The notes: generated by a model from the sequence alone, not told the origin. Positions 11,016-23,269 are shown, counted from the first letter of the whole stretch. The stretch is DNA of 63,651 nucleotides, filler included, from Octopus bimaculoides (GCF_001194135.2; 4 parts of 4 records of this genome joined end to end with filler, not necessarily neighbours in it), one strand, 5' to 3'. Program-made: numbers and translations.

Positions 11016-13250
11016 CTACTTTCTAAAATATTTAAAAGTGCAAGTGAAACAGTGTACACACAATACTCTAAGATCTAATCTATTATTAATCAGGTTAGTA
11101 TTGTTTTTAAGCTTAAAAATTTCATATGTTTCCATGGAACATAGCTTACATCCATATCTACTATTTCTATAAAGTTGAACTTTTCTTATAATTTGCCATT
11201 TAAGGCTAAAACTGGTACCACTTTCCTTTAATTCCCAAATTTTATTTGATAACCACGTACAATTAGCCTTGTGTTTAAGTCTAAAAGATGACAGGTGATT
11301 ATATATTTGCTGCTTCAAATTAATCGAACAGCCTACATAAATATAATTATCAGTTATAGTACTTGTTGTGCATTTATATACTACGTTTCTGGTGAGACAT
11401 CGGCCTAATAACGGACAATGGGACTTATTCCTACAGTTACAACTAGTGGAACCATCAACAACACCAATATTATTACTAAGATTTAAATTATTGTTGTTAC
11501 CATTATTCACATTAATATTATTTCCCCTATTATTAATTCTATTATCAGGTTTATTATGATCACTTCTAGTACTATCTAACTCCATTTCCATCGTGCTATC
11601 AGATAGAATCACTCCTGCAGCATCAAGCATAATAATATTTTCTATTTCCATATATGAACTAGAACCATAATTCACATTATTATCATTAAAGGTGCTATTA
11701 CTATTTATTTCAATTGTACTTCCAACATCAATACCACTATATTCATTATGTTGGTTTAAGTTATGGTTGATGGAACTAAGGATATTGCTGTTACCTTCAT
11801 AATTGCTATTGCCATTGTTATTTCCACTTCCATTTCTATAATTATTGGTAATGCTATTACTGACATTGATTAAATTATTATTGACATTTCTATAACTATT
11901 ACCACAATTTTTATTTTCAACGATTCTGGCTAATTTTATGTTCTTTCTATTTAACCTAGCTATAATTGTACCTATATTAGGGAAGGTCGAGTATGAGATT
12001 CCGACTGTATTACATGAAAAGATTCTATTATATCTATGGGAAGAAGGGAAAAACTTTTGTAAAATAGCTATAAATTTCTTGTATATATTAGTGGATAATG
12101 CACAGTTAAATGGGTTTTAACTTTTAAATCTATTGTGTGAGTGAGAACAGGATACATTCTGATTACCATTATTCTCTAGGACAATATTATGATTTATAGT
12201 TTTGTATATATTTCTTGTGGAATCTCTATTATTTTGCGGAGTAACTAAATCATTTTCATTACTGTTTCTTTTATCTAATCTAGGCTTTTTGCTTGTATTA
12301 GTCTTCTATCAAAGTATGTAGTCTTCTATCAAAATATACTCTATTGTTATTCTTATTACTTAAAATGTCAGGTATATAGGATGGTTTTTCATTTAATATT
12401 TCATCACCACTAATTAAGTTAGTAGACTTACTATTACTTACATCATTATTAATTTCTCTATCAAAAGGAGTTGACCTTCCAGGACTGAGGAAAGAAATTT
12501 TCTGGCCATGTCCCGCTTTAGACAAAGCAACATTATAGTAGTATGAATAAGAATTAAAAATATCAATATTTGAAGATAACTTAGTAATTCTCTCAGAAAC
12601 GCTTTTTACTATTGATTTTAATACATTAGGGGTGTGTGGGTGATTTGATAATTTATTCACATACCTTGTAACCTCGTTCTCCTATCTATAGGGGTAGTAC
12701 AATTTAGAGTCTATGTTTAAAGTAATGTCCAAAAGATCTACTACCTTAGTACCATATTCATAGATAATACTTAAGATAAAGCTTTTAGAAAATTTTCTAA
12801 TTTTCTTTCTCATTCTTTCAATGATTGATTTATTGTTACTAGGGATGATGAATAAGGCATCATCCCTATATAAACCGCCCCACAGCTTCGGGAATTCATT
12901 ATTTAGGCTATACAAGAGGTACGCACCTACTAGATTTGTAATTTCAGCCAAGTCACTTGACCCCATCGCTATATCGAAGTTGTCTGGAGTGTCCGCTCTG
13001 CTCCAAAGTTTGCCATCAAATTCAATAATAGTCCTTCTAGCTAACAGAATAATATCAATTTTATCCCTAGTAATAAGAGAGCGATTTTTAGCAAAAATAA
13101 GAGCTTTATTTAGAAGTATTGGGGATATGCTTGAATAATAACTATTTATGTGAAATTGGATAAAAGAATAATTACCAGTGTTATCGATAGATCTAAACCA
13201 GTTAAGTACCTCATCAGTATCGATCCATAATTTTAAAGTTGGGAATATGC
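11016..13250 (-). pseudogene. PLE RT + GIY-YIG endonuclease polyprotein (resembles Hydra-clade PLEs)
   Basis: Motifs seen: VLNWFRSI, FIQFHINSYYSSI (first catalytic Asp replaced by His), FDIAMGSSDLAEITNLVG, GLYRDDAL, LLDITL, SNHP, NPF..TNI..FP..IF..NTVGISYSTFPNI, CNCRNKSHCPLLGRC..VVYKC..YIYVGCS..HLSSF..LSNKIWELK..CKLC..C.HC. 12116-11016 is stop-free; frameshifts occur near 12680 and 12300. Confidence 0.9.
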
Positions 13251-13287
13251 ATATCTATATAGATATATATGTATATAAATGTGTGTG

Positions 13288-13328
<41 letters not shown>

Positions 13329-13388
13329 CTTTAAATGACTGAAACAAGTAAAGAGAGTATATGTATATATATATATGTATGTATATGA

Positions 13389-13432
<44 letters not shown>

Positions 13433-13584
13433 ACGCACATGCACATTTAGATATGTATATTCATGTAGACATATTTACGTATGTCTGTGCATGTATATGT
13501 GCACGGGTGCACACAATGCAAAACGTATATGTGTATTTCCCATATCAAAGTGTGTGTGTGTGTGCAATGTTCTCTTTTTAAAAC

Positions 13585-14372
13585 ATTTGAAAGTATCACA
13601 TGTTAAGGTCATCTCTACAGATATTCTATAGAAATTATAGCCAGCCCTGATTTTGTTACGACGTTTTGTATCCGAGACGTCAGATGTAAACAAATAAGAT
13701 CGAAGATGAAAAAAAGGGTAATGAGACTATATGCTATATTTCGGGAGTCTTTGCTCTTTCATCAGCCCCCATCTGATCCATTTATAATCTACGAACCCAT
13801 TGCTTAAATAACTACTACATATAGTAGTGTAACATTATTGGATATATCAATTTTACATATTAAAGACATTCCTGGAAGCTGGTACGTAAATATTAATGAC
13901 TTGTAGGCACACGGTATTTCATTATGCAACCATGATATGCTACAAAGTATATTGAACGTTTTCATAAGTCAGTACCCTGTACTACTGTGTTAACAGTGCT
14001 ATTAGATCACGTGTTAAGGTCATCTCTACATATTTTCTATAGAAATTAAAGCCAGCAGTGATTTTGTTACGACGTTTCCGTATCCGAGACGTCAGATGTA
14101 AAGAAACAATGAGATCGAAGATGAAAAAATGTGTAATGGACGTATATGCCATATTTTGGGAGTTTTTGCTCCGTCGTAACAAAATCAGTGCTGGCTATAA
14201 TTTCTATAGAAAATCTGTATAGATGATCTTAACATGTCATTCAAGTGAACGTGATTTAAGTGCATTGCTAACACATTAGTACACGGTAATTGACTTATAG
14301 AAACGTTTAATATACTTTGTAGTATATTATGGTTGCATAATGAAATACTGTGCACCTACAAGTCATTAATAT
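13585..14372. repeat. Direct plus inverted repeat cluster (probable PLE pseudo-LTR array)
   Basis: About 13595-13756 is repeated directly at about 14008-14170. About 13889-14071 is inverted at 14172-14372 (aaatattaatgac...gtcattaatattt). Confidence 0.8.
13721..13772 (-). ncRNA. Type I hammerhead fold with 4-bp stem III and 3-nt loop
   Basis: atggggg CTGATGA aa gag caaaga ctc cc GAA ATAT agc ATAT A gtctcat: both core segments are intact. The second partial copy (14120-14172) supplies ggag/ctcc for stem II. Confidence 0.6.
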
Positions 14373-14768
14373 TTGAGAATATATCAAAGGGATCTCGTCT
14401 AATAAATTTTTTTGTCGCATCTTCAATTAGTAATTCATATTATAATGTTGTTTTATCCCTATCAAATTGAACATTGGGTACACACACACAAACACACACA
14501 CACACACTCACGCATACACGCACACACACACAGACACACATAGACACTGACAGAATACGCGTGCGCATACACAGTCTCTGATATATAGGTATATGATTTT
14601 TAAACGGTAGAAACGTGATAAAAGTGACTAATGGCATGAAACACTCGAGCCACTACTGTAACGCTTCTGCCGGTAAACTAATTGTTACTATGTTATATAT
14701 ATTATATATATCATATATGATTATATTATAATATTTATATATATATAAAGAACACAAGTGGGGTTCAA

Positions 14769-14855
14769 AATTCACAATAGCTGTTTCGGCAGCATTTTAT
14801 TGATGCATTCTTTGTTTACATTATAAAAAAAAACCTCACCATCATCAGGAAAATT
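14769..14855 (-). ncRNA. Hammerhead-like fold with long stem II loop
   Basis: aattttc CTGATGA t gg..cc GAAA cagcta TT gtgaatt: stem I 6/7, and stem III is a one-mismatch ACAGCTGT palindrome. Confidence 0.45.
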
Positions 14856-15179
14856 TTCAACTCACAAACATGCAAGGTAAAACCAAATGACTTGTTCACC
14901 AAATACCATGTTGAAAAAGTGACACTGTAAAAAAGAACAACTGAATTTATTTGAGAAAGTCAAATTTATCCTATATTTCATGTTGTTATCTTAATTAGTT
15001 TATAGTTCTGATCTGCAGCGAACAAGTCCTTAGTGGGTGGACATGGTCGTAGAAAAATATACCTAGGAAAATCTTTTAGATAATACGTCAAAATTAGGGG
15101 TAGGGAAAATAAACTTCCGTCATCCTTTCGGTCTTAGAATACACGCAAACTCAACACCACCGATTCTACTGTTATTATT

Positions 15180-15336
15180 CGTCCGTCTGTATGTTCTGAG
15201 TTTAAATCTGCCGATGTCGACTTGCCTGCCATCTTTTAAGGGTCGATAAAATAAATACCAGTTGACTACTGGAGTCGATGTAATTGGCATACACCCTCAC
15301 TCGAAGTTGCAGGCTTTGTACCAAAGATATGAAATC
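15180..15336 (+). mobile_element. SINE family B fragment
   Basis: gttctgagtttaaatctgccgatgtcgacttgcc..ggtcgataaaataaataccagttga, homologous to 62207-62438. Confidence 0.65.
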
Positions 15337-15375
15337 ACAACAACAACTATTATTATTATTATTATTATTATTATT

Positions 15376-15868
15376 GAGTGAGAGAGCAGTGCATGCCATC
15401 AAAGTGACACTGGGGTAAAATATACGAAGCCTAGTATGCCCACCATGACTACCCGTCTGATAAGGGTACACCAGACACATGCATCACAACCATATGTGCG
15501 TGACATGGTGATCTCATATCAATTTAAACAGCGCATGACCTAGCAGGTGGGGCCCAGTTAGAATTTTCTTGTTTAAGGATGTTGAGCAAAACACCCATGT
15601 TTCCAAAGGTGAATTTTTCAAACCCCAAAGAATTCCTCTCAACACATGGCTATGATGCTCCCCCACTACTTCTGCTCATGATAAGAGATGCACATATCAG
15701 TCACCAAGAGACATGCTCAACTGGTTAAGGTCAAACAATCTGTGGTATTAAGCAGAATATTTGCTGTAACCCATCTTTTATACCAAGACAAAACAATGTA
15801 CATGATAACAATTCCAATCAATTAAGATCAGAAGCCATGAGAGCCACTGCCTGGTACTGCAACCGGGC
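15376..15868. mobile_element. Unclassified ~490-bp element between two (ATT)n arrays
   Basis: A more GC-balanced non-coding block with (ATT)n on both sides. It has only one copy in this window, so mobile status is inferred. Confidence 0.4.
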
Positions 15869-15920
<52 letters not shown>

Positions 15921-16025
15921 GTTCAGTAGTTTTATTTTTATAACGTGCTTTCACTTCACTACCGAGCGCAGCTCTGTGCGCCTTGGGTATGTGCTGTGGT
16001 TTGCTGTGGTGCTCTTATGTTTACT
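15869..16025 (-). mobile_element. 3' end of an R4/Dong-type (RLE) LINE with (AAT)n tail
   Basis: The minus strand begins cgc aaa aca ctt tca ata cag taa (RKTLSIQ*), recalled as the R4-clade C-terminus, then a ~100-nt UTR and (AAT)n. It is cut by a gap. Confidence 0.55.
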
Positions 16026-16286
16026 GTATTGAAAGTGTTTTGCGTNNNNNNNNNNNNNNNNNNNNNNNNNNNNNNNNNNNNNNNNNNNNTTAATTAATTA
16101 ANNNNNNNNNNNNNNNNNNNNNNNNNNNNNNNNNNNNNNNNNNNNTATATATATAATATATATATATATTATATGTATATATATATATATATATATTATG
16201 TATATATACATAGGTATAAATATATTCATAAATATAAATACATGCATAGATCGATAGGTAGATAGATAGATAAATAGATACATACA

Positions 16287-16320
<34 letters not shown>

Positions 16321-16418
16321 CATACACAGAATGATAGATCTAGATATGCATATGCACATCCTTGGTTATACGTTTGCAGGTAAAAGTTTGTGTATGTATG
16401 TATGTATGTATGTATGTC

Positions 16419-16450
<32 letters not shown>

Positions 16451-16472
16451 TGTATGTATGTATGTATGTATG

Positions 16473-16523
<51 letters not shown>

Positions 16524-17044
16524 ACATATTTACATATACATACACGCATATACATACAATTACATTGTGTGTGCACACGCTAAATGATAAGTAAATATAA
16601 TGAGTTGTCCGACCAATTAACTCTTTTTTGCTCTGAGTACACAAAGCACACACAGAACGGATAGCATATATTTGTTTAATCACACATGTACACACAATGT
16701 ATGCACACATCACACACACTAACACACACACATCAACATATATACCTGTACACTTGCACACACACACACCCACACACACACACACATACACACACACATA
16801 CACATACATTCAAGTAGATATCATTATACGTATAGACAAGCAGACACACACACACACATGCAATGATACACATGTGAAACGCCACTCATCCATATCCACA
16901 CATACAGGCTGGGATTGAGGTGTTATAATCCGTTTATTATATAAATAGAATACAAAACCGTTAATCTAATTAACCTGTCATTATGTTGATAACAAGTTTT
17001 CCCAGTAATATTTGACTAATGGCGAGTGACTACCATACAAACAT

Positions 17045-17086
<42 letters not shown>

Positions 17087-17185
17087 ACACACAAATACTT
17101 TGTTTAAATATGGTTTTATATGTTTTATACATATGCATGTACACGTATACCTGTGACTATGTATGTATGTACGTATGTATGTATG

Positions 17186-17219
<34 letters not shown>

Positions 17220-17225
17220 TATATG

Positions 17226-17321
<96 letters not shown>

Positions 17322-17327
17322 TGGGGG

Positions 17328-17640
17328 GGAGGCGCAATGGCCCAGTGGTTAGGGCAGCGGACTCGCGGTCGGAGGATCGTGGTTTTGATTCCCCGACCCA
17401 GCGTTGTGAGTGTTTATTGAGCGAAAACACCAAAAGGTCCACGAGGCTCCGGCAGGGGTTGGTGGCGACCCCTGTCGTACTCTTTCGCCCCAACTTTCTC
17501 TCACTCTTTCTTCCTGTTTCTTGAGTAACGCTGCGATGGACTGGTGTCCCGTCCAACTGGGGGGAACACACACGCCATTGAAACCGGGAAACCGGGCCCA
17601 TGAGCCTGACTGGGCTTTAAAAGGGCGCATAAAAAAATAA
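17328..17640 (+). mobile_element. Full-length tRNA-derived SINE (family C) with V-domain-like body
   Basis: A-box TGGCCCAGTGG, B-box GGTTTTGATTCCC, internal gctgcgatggactggtgtcccgtcca resembling the V-SINE domain, and an A-rich tail. Confidence 0.75.
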
Positions 17641-18626
17641 TATATATATATATATCAGTGGCGACTCCAGCACTCGGGCTGTTTGGGCTTAATCCGTGTA
17701 TAAATTTAGCAAAGTGAACGTATATTTGCAAGCTGATTTAATTTCTGTCAACATTGACTTCAAGTATGTAATTTCAGCCAATAACTCAGGTACCTTTTAT
17801 AGATCCTGGTCGCATTTCATTTAGTTTCATTCATCGTCTGGCGGTCGTCTTAGAGGTGCCCTGTCTCAAAAAATATCATTCGTAACAGACGTTCTCTCGA
17901 CATCGTTCATACGCGCCTGACTCGGTCTCAGAAGTTACATCCCGAATTGTTATCTATAATCGTAAAAATTAAAAGTAATTCAAATTCAATGTTTCCTTGA
18001 AACAATAAATTTCTATAGAGATTAGGATTTGAATTCCAATCGATGAAAAGTTACCGTTCTACAATATTCTTAAAGGAACGAAAAATTATCCAGCAACTCG
18101 GGCCAATACGAACGAGCCTGGTAGGTGTAAAAGACTAACTGGCATCTCTTGACAAGAGTTCAGGCGACAGTCAAATCGCTGATGTTTGTTTTGCACTCCG
18201 CTGTCGTTATTTGATTGCTGTTATTCTGTGTGTAAAGATCAGTTGTGTTTTGCAGGGTTGCTTTATTTTTACCCTTAACTTAGAAAGACATAGGGCTAAA
18301 TATAAAAAAAACAAGCCATTTGGGGCTAGAAATAAAGCGGAAGAACATGAAGTTCTTCGAGCAGGCATGTATCTTATGCGAAATCTGTGATGAGCCCGAG
18401 TGATGCTGATGACCTGTGTAACAATGATATTATGGACAGTCGCCTGAGTAATGGAACTGTGAAACTATAAGCAGTAACTGTCTCAACTGCAGCTTTGAAT
18501 ACATATTTGTTTTATTGCTGTTCACCATAGTAACTGAATACTTCTTTCAATTATAATAATAGAAGTTCTGCTTATATATTTACCTTTGTATCTATCAAAC
18601 ATGAAACTATCAATCTACTACTCTAC

Positions 18627-18698
<72 letters not shown>

Positions 18699-19194
18699 AC
18701 TTACCGGCCTGTCTGTTTGTCTACCTATCATCTTCCATTCCTCTTTCTATACACACATATTTATATATGGAATATAAAATACTTGGACTTTATTGCGTTG
18801 AAACTATGCTAATTCTGACACCCATGGCTGATGAGAGGATTTCCATGTTTGTCTTTTTCTATTGTTCTCACTGCCATTTGATAATGTTCTCCCCTCTTTC
18901 GATTTTCCTTCCTGTTCCTACCCCCACTTTTTACCTGACCGTTTTTTTCACACTTGCACCTCTTCCTTTCCCTCTCTCCCAACTCCTCAACACGGTACTT
19001 CCACCATTGTGACCGAAGTCTAAATTTCTTCAATCGCATTCAACGCTTTCTACAGAACATTTCAGTGGAGTCAAATACTCGTCGTCTTTTGTCCTTTACT
19101 CGTTTCTTTCGCGCTTTTACTCGGAGTTGCTTCTCCAGTGTTTTGTCGAAAGACTAGCACGACTATACGTAAATATATATGTGTTCTTTTATTC

Positions 19195-19410
19195 TTTTAC
19201 TTGTTTCAGTTTCTTGACTGCGACCATACTGGAGCACTGCCTTGAAGGGTTTCATTTTTTTGTCGAATAAATAGACCCTAGGACTTATTCTTTTGTAAGC
19301 CTTGTATTTATTCTATCGGTGTCTTTTGCCGAACAGCTAAGTTACGGGGACGTAAACACATCAACATCAGTCGTCAAGCGATGGGGGCGGAAAATGCAGA
19401 CACAAATACA
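19195..19410 (-). mobile_element. SINE family A 3' half
   Basis: Reverse complement of the 23450-23643 tail (cttttacttgtttcag..gccgaacagctaagttacggggacgtaaacac). Confidence 0.75.
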
Positions 19411-19425
19411 CAGACACAGAACAAA

Positions 19426-19470
<45 letters not shown>

Positions 19471-19689
19471 NNNNNNNNNNNNNNNNNNNNNNNNNNNNNN
19501 NNNNNNNNNNNNNNNNATATATATGTATATACATACATACATACATACACATTTGTGTTGTGTGTGTGTGTTTTTGCGTCTGTATTTGCCACCCCCATCG
19601 CTTCACGACCGGTGGATATATAAATATATATGTATATATATAGAAAGTCTTTTAATTTATTATTAACACGTTCCCGTACACTAGAACAT

Positions 19690-19975
19690 AGAAAATGTTC
19701 GCTGGGGGAAGAGAACGTAAAATATGTTTACTTCAGAAACTTTGTGTATAAGAAAATGCACCAAGTCAAGCTCCAAATGACGTCAATGGATTACAAGACA
19801 CGATGGCATGATTTTACCTCTTGAATGAAAGACATCGTCGCGGTCAGGAATTTCTGTTCTCCTTTGTAGAAAATGGTAGGCAATAAAATTCCTGGTGTCC
19901 GCTGAAGCTTGCAAAGCTTGAATTAATCTAGAATAAGCAGCTTGGATCAAAGTATAAATGTGTTCATTTATATTT
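19690..19975 (+). pseudogene. Possible highly decayed PLE GIY-YIG fragment
   Basis: CSLGEENVKYVY..MTSMDYKTRW..CPLKLAKLELI..NKQLGSKYKCVH loosely parallels the GIY-YIG at 11016-11450; weak. Confidence 0.3.
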
Positions 19976-20247
19976 ATATTTAATACGACACTGTACACTA
20001 GAACGTGAAAGGCATTCGCTGTACATTTTATCATCGAGTAAACTTTCTCTCTACAGTGTGTAGAAAACATTCGAGCAGAGCTTCTAGTGACGTTAGCCGC
20101 TTCTTTCTAGACACAACGTTTTGTCGTGGTTTTGTCTCTTCAGTGAATGCATTCTTATTCTAGTGTAGAGGAGAGTGTTAAAAATAATTGCTTCGTGTGT
20201 ATGTATGTATGTCTGCATATATACATCTACATACATACTTACATACA

Positions 20248-20279
<32 letters not shown>

Positions 20280-20944
20280 NNNNNNNNNNNNNNNNNNNNN
20301 NNNNNNNNNNNNNNNNNNNNNNNNNNNNNNNNNNNNNNNNNNNNNNNNNNNNNNNNNNNNNNNNNNNNNNNNNNNNNNNNNNNNNNNNNNNNNNNNNNNN
20401 NNNNNNNNNNNNNNNNNNNNNNNNNNNNNNNNNNNNNNNNNNNNNNNNNNNNNNNNNNNNNNNNNNNNNNNNNNNNNNNNNNNNNNNNNNNNNNNNNNNN
20501 NNNNNNNNNNNNNNNNNNNNNNNNNNNNNNNNNNNNNNNNNNNNNNNNNNNNNNNNNNNNNNNNNNNNNNNNNNNNNNNNNNNNNNNNNNNNNNNNNNNN
20601 NNNNNNNNNNNNNNNNNNNNNNNNNNNNNNNNNNNNNNNNNNNNNNNNNNNNNNNNNNNNNNNNNNNNNNNNNNNNNNNNNNNNNNNNNNNNNNATATCC
20701 ATCAAAGAATAAACAGTGGCTCAAGTAGTGTAAATGTTATCCATTGAATTCGGGCTTTCTTTAACACTCGGCGCTGTGTAGGGTACATTCCCCGACACCA
20801 TCCAGCAGCAGATTTGTGCTGCTTTGAATTCGAAATATATTTTACTTTAACGTGTGCTACATCGCACCATATCACCAAATGGATTTCACTCTATTTGCAT
20901 AGAAGCCATTAACCAGAGATTCAATACGTTTTGAGACGATCCTA

Positions 20945-20985
20945 GTGCTGATGAACCATAAAAATGGCAAAATATCGGTATTTAC
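20945..20985 (+). ncRNA. Degenerate minimal hammerhead fold
   Basis: gtg CTGATGA a cca taaaaa tgg c AAAA tatcggta TT tac; GAAA has become AAAA, consistent with CpG decay. Confidence 0.35.
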
Positions 20986-21481
20986 CATTCTCAGTGATTC
21001 CTAGACGAGTTGTCTCACCTGGTCGGTGACATTCAAGTGATCTTTAACACTCGGTGTTGTTAGGGGGATTTCCCAGATGATATCCCGCAGTAAGTTCGGT
21101 GTATAAACACATATAAATTTCATGTAATATGTGTGAGGGCGTAAGATAATATGTATTGAGAATTGCACCAACTACGTATCTATTTCTGAAACAGCTGTAA
21201 GGATCTACCTGAACATCTTTTTTCTCATCCAGCCAGGGGATTACTCTATGATGAACTACATTAACATACTCTCTAATAACAATAATACAGACTTAGTTTG
21301 TAACTGTTCTGGGAGAATGCCAGGATATATCACAGCCATTATGGACGTTCCTCAACTGATCTTTTATCGGTCTAAAACTTCTTTAACAATCATCTCTAAC
21401 CTCAAGTTCTACCAATATGTAAATATATAAAAAATCATAAACAGACCTGATACTTGTGGCTTCTCTGTACCTTTAATCTGG

Positions 21482-21521
<40 letters not shown>

Positions 21522-22496
21522 CATACATACATACATACATACATACATACATACATANNNNNNNNNNNNNNNNNNNNNNNNNNNNNNNNNNNNNNNNNNN
21601 NNNNNNNNNNNNNNNNNNNNNNNNNNNNNNNNNNNNNNNNNNNNNNNNNNNNNNNNNNNNNNNNNNNNNNNNNNNNNNNNNNNNNNNNNNNNNNNNNNNN
21701 NNNNNNNNNNNNNNNNNNNNNNNNNNNNNNNNNNNNNNNNNNNNNNNNNNNNNNNNNNNNNNNNNNNNNNNNNNNNNNNNNNNNNNNNNNNNNNNNNNNN
21801 NNNNNNNNNNNNNNNNNNNNNNNNNNNNNNNNNNNNNNNNNNNNNNNNNNNNNNNNNNNNNNNNNNNNNNNNNNNNNNNNNNNNNNNNNNNNNNNNNNNN
21901 NNNNNNNNNNNNNNNNNNNNNNNNNNNNNNNNNNNNNNNNNNNNNNNNNNNNNNNNNNNNNNNNNNNNNNNNNNNNNNNNNNNNNNNNNNNNNNNNNNNN
22001 NNNNNNNNNNNNNNNNNNNNNNNNNNNNNNNNNNNNNNNNNNNNNNNNNNNNNNNNNNNNNNNNNNNNNNNNNNNNNNNNNNNNNNNNNNNNNNNNNNNN
22101 NNNNNNNNNNNNNNNNNNNNNNNNNNNNNNNNNNNNNNNNNNNNNNNNNNNNNNNNNNNNNNNNNNNNNNNNNNNNNNNNNNNNNNNNNNNNNNNNNNNN
22201 NNNNNNNNNNNNNNNNNNNNNNNNNNNNNNNNNNNNNNNNNNNNNNNNNNNNNNNNNNNNNNNNNNNNNNNNNNNNNNNNNNNNNNNNNNNNNNNNNNNN
22301 NNNNNNNNNNNNNNNNNNNNNNNNNNNNNNNNNNNNNNNNNNNNNNNNNNNNNNNNNNNNNNNNNNNNNNNNNNNNNNNNNNNNNNNNNNNNNNNNNNNN
22401 NNNNNNNNNNNNNNNNNNNNNNNNNNNNNNNNNNNNNNNNNNNNNNNNNNNNNNNNNNNNNNNNNNNNNNNNNNNNNNNNNNNNNNNNNNNNNNNN

Positions 22497-22539
<43 letters not shown>

Positions 22540-22549
22540 CATACATACA

Positions 22550-22581
<32 letters not shown>

Positions 22582-22710
22582 GCACAAGGTCAGTAAATTC
22601 GAGGGAATGGTGTAAGTCGAGAATAGTGCTCAACTAGTACTTAGTTTATCGACCCTGGTAAAATAACCACCAGTTGAGCGAGGTATTCTCCATCTTAACA
22701 AGCAGCATTA

Positions 22711-22907
22711 GGCGGTGAGCTGGCGGAATGGTTAGCACGTCGGCCAAAATGCTTAACGGTATTTCGTCCGTCTTTACGTTCTGCGTTCAAATACCAGAAG
22801 AGTCGACATTGCCTTTCATCCTGTCGGGATGAGTACCAGTTGAACACAGGGGTCGATGAATCGATTCCAGAATTACTGGCCTTGTGTCGAAATTTGAATC
22901 CAATATT
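22711..22907 (+). mobile_element. SINE family B (alternative tail)
   Basis: ggcggtgagctggcggaatggttagc..gtcgacattgcctttcatcc..ggccttgtgtcgaaatttgaatcc. Confidence 0.8.
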
Positions 22908-23025
22908 AACCATCTGTAAAACTATTGTTTTATATGTACGTACGTACGTATGTATGTATGTATGTATGTATGTATGTATGTATATAGTAAACAACAAATT
23001 GTATTAAAAGTAGTTATATTTGTGA

Positions 23026-23079
<54 letters not shown>

Positions 23080-23157
23080 ACAGAATGAGATAAAAAACCA
23101 AGGCAGTAAATAGATTTCATATATATATATATATATGCGTGTGTGTGTGTGTGTATG

Positions 23158-23189
<32 letters not shown>

Positions 23190-23269
23190 CAAAATACAAA
23201 AATGAGACAAGAACGCAAAACATCCAGGCAGACGATACATATATATACATACATACATATATATATATA

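Larger units (their letters stand above)
8347..13255 (-). mobile_element. Penelope-like retroelement (PLE), 5'-truncated, with long AT-rich 3' region
   Basis: RT and GIY-YIG pseudo-ORF at 13250-11016, hammerhead-like folds at 8416-8463 and 8891-8980, and both ends abutting TA-rich microsatellite. That 8347-11015 belongs to the same element is inferred. Confidence 0.65.

Noticed and set aside
11016-13250. Active or domesticated RT gene, or selenoprotein-type UGA recoding
   Set aside because: The first catalytic Asp is replaced by His, frameshifts are present, and the in-frame stop at 12117-12119 is TAA, not TGA.
16090-16101. TTAATTAATTAA embedded in N runs (also 25178-25189 and 50869-50880)
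   Set aside because: An identical six-frame-stop spacer centred in gaps: a scaffolding marker, not biology.
17328-17400. tRNA gene (and similar A/B-box heads elsewhere)
   Set aside because: No complete cloverleaf; each continues into a SINE body and tail.
16090-17420. Many ORFs of YI/MYVC/HT/ER/LS repeats and all X-filled ORFs across the window
   Set aside because: Translations of microsatellites and assembly gaps.
20105-20150. Minus-strand ctgaaga..aaaacgtt hammerhead-like motif
   Set aside because: GAAA is mutated, stem II is mismatched and stem I is absent.
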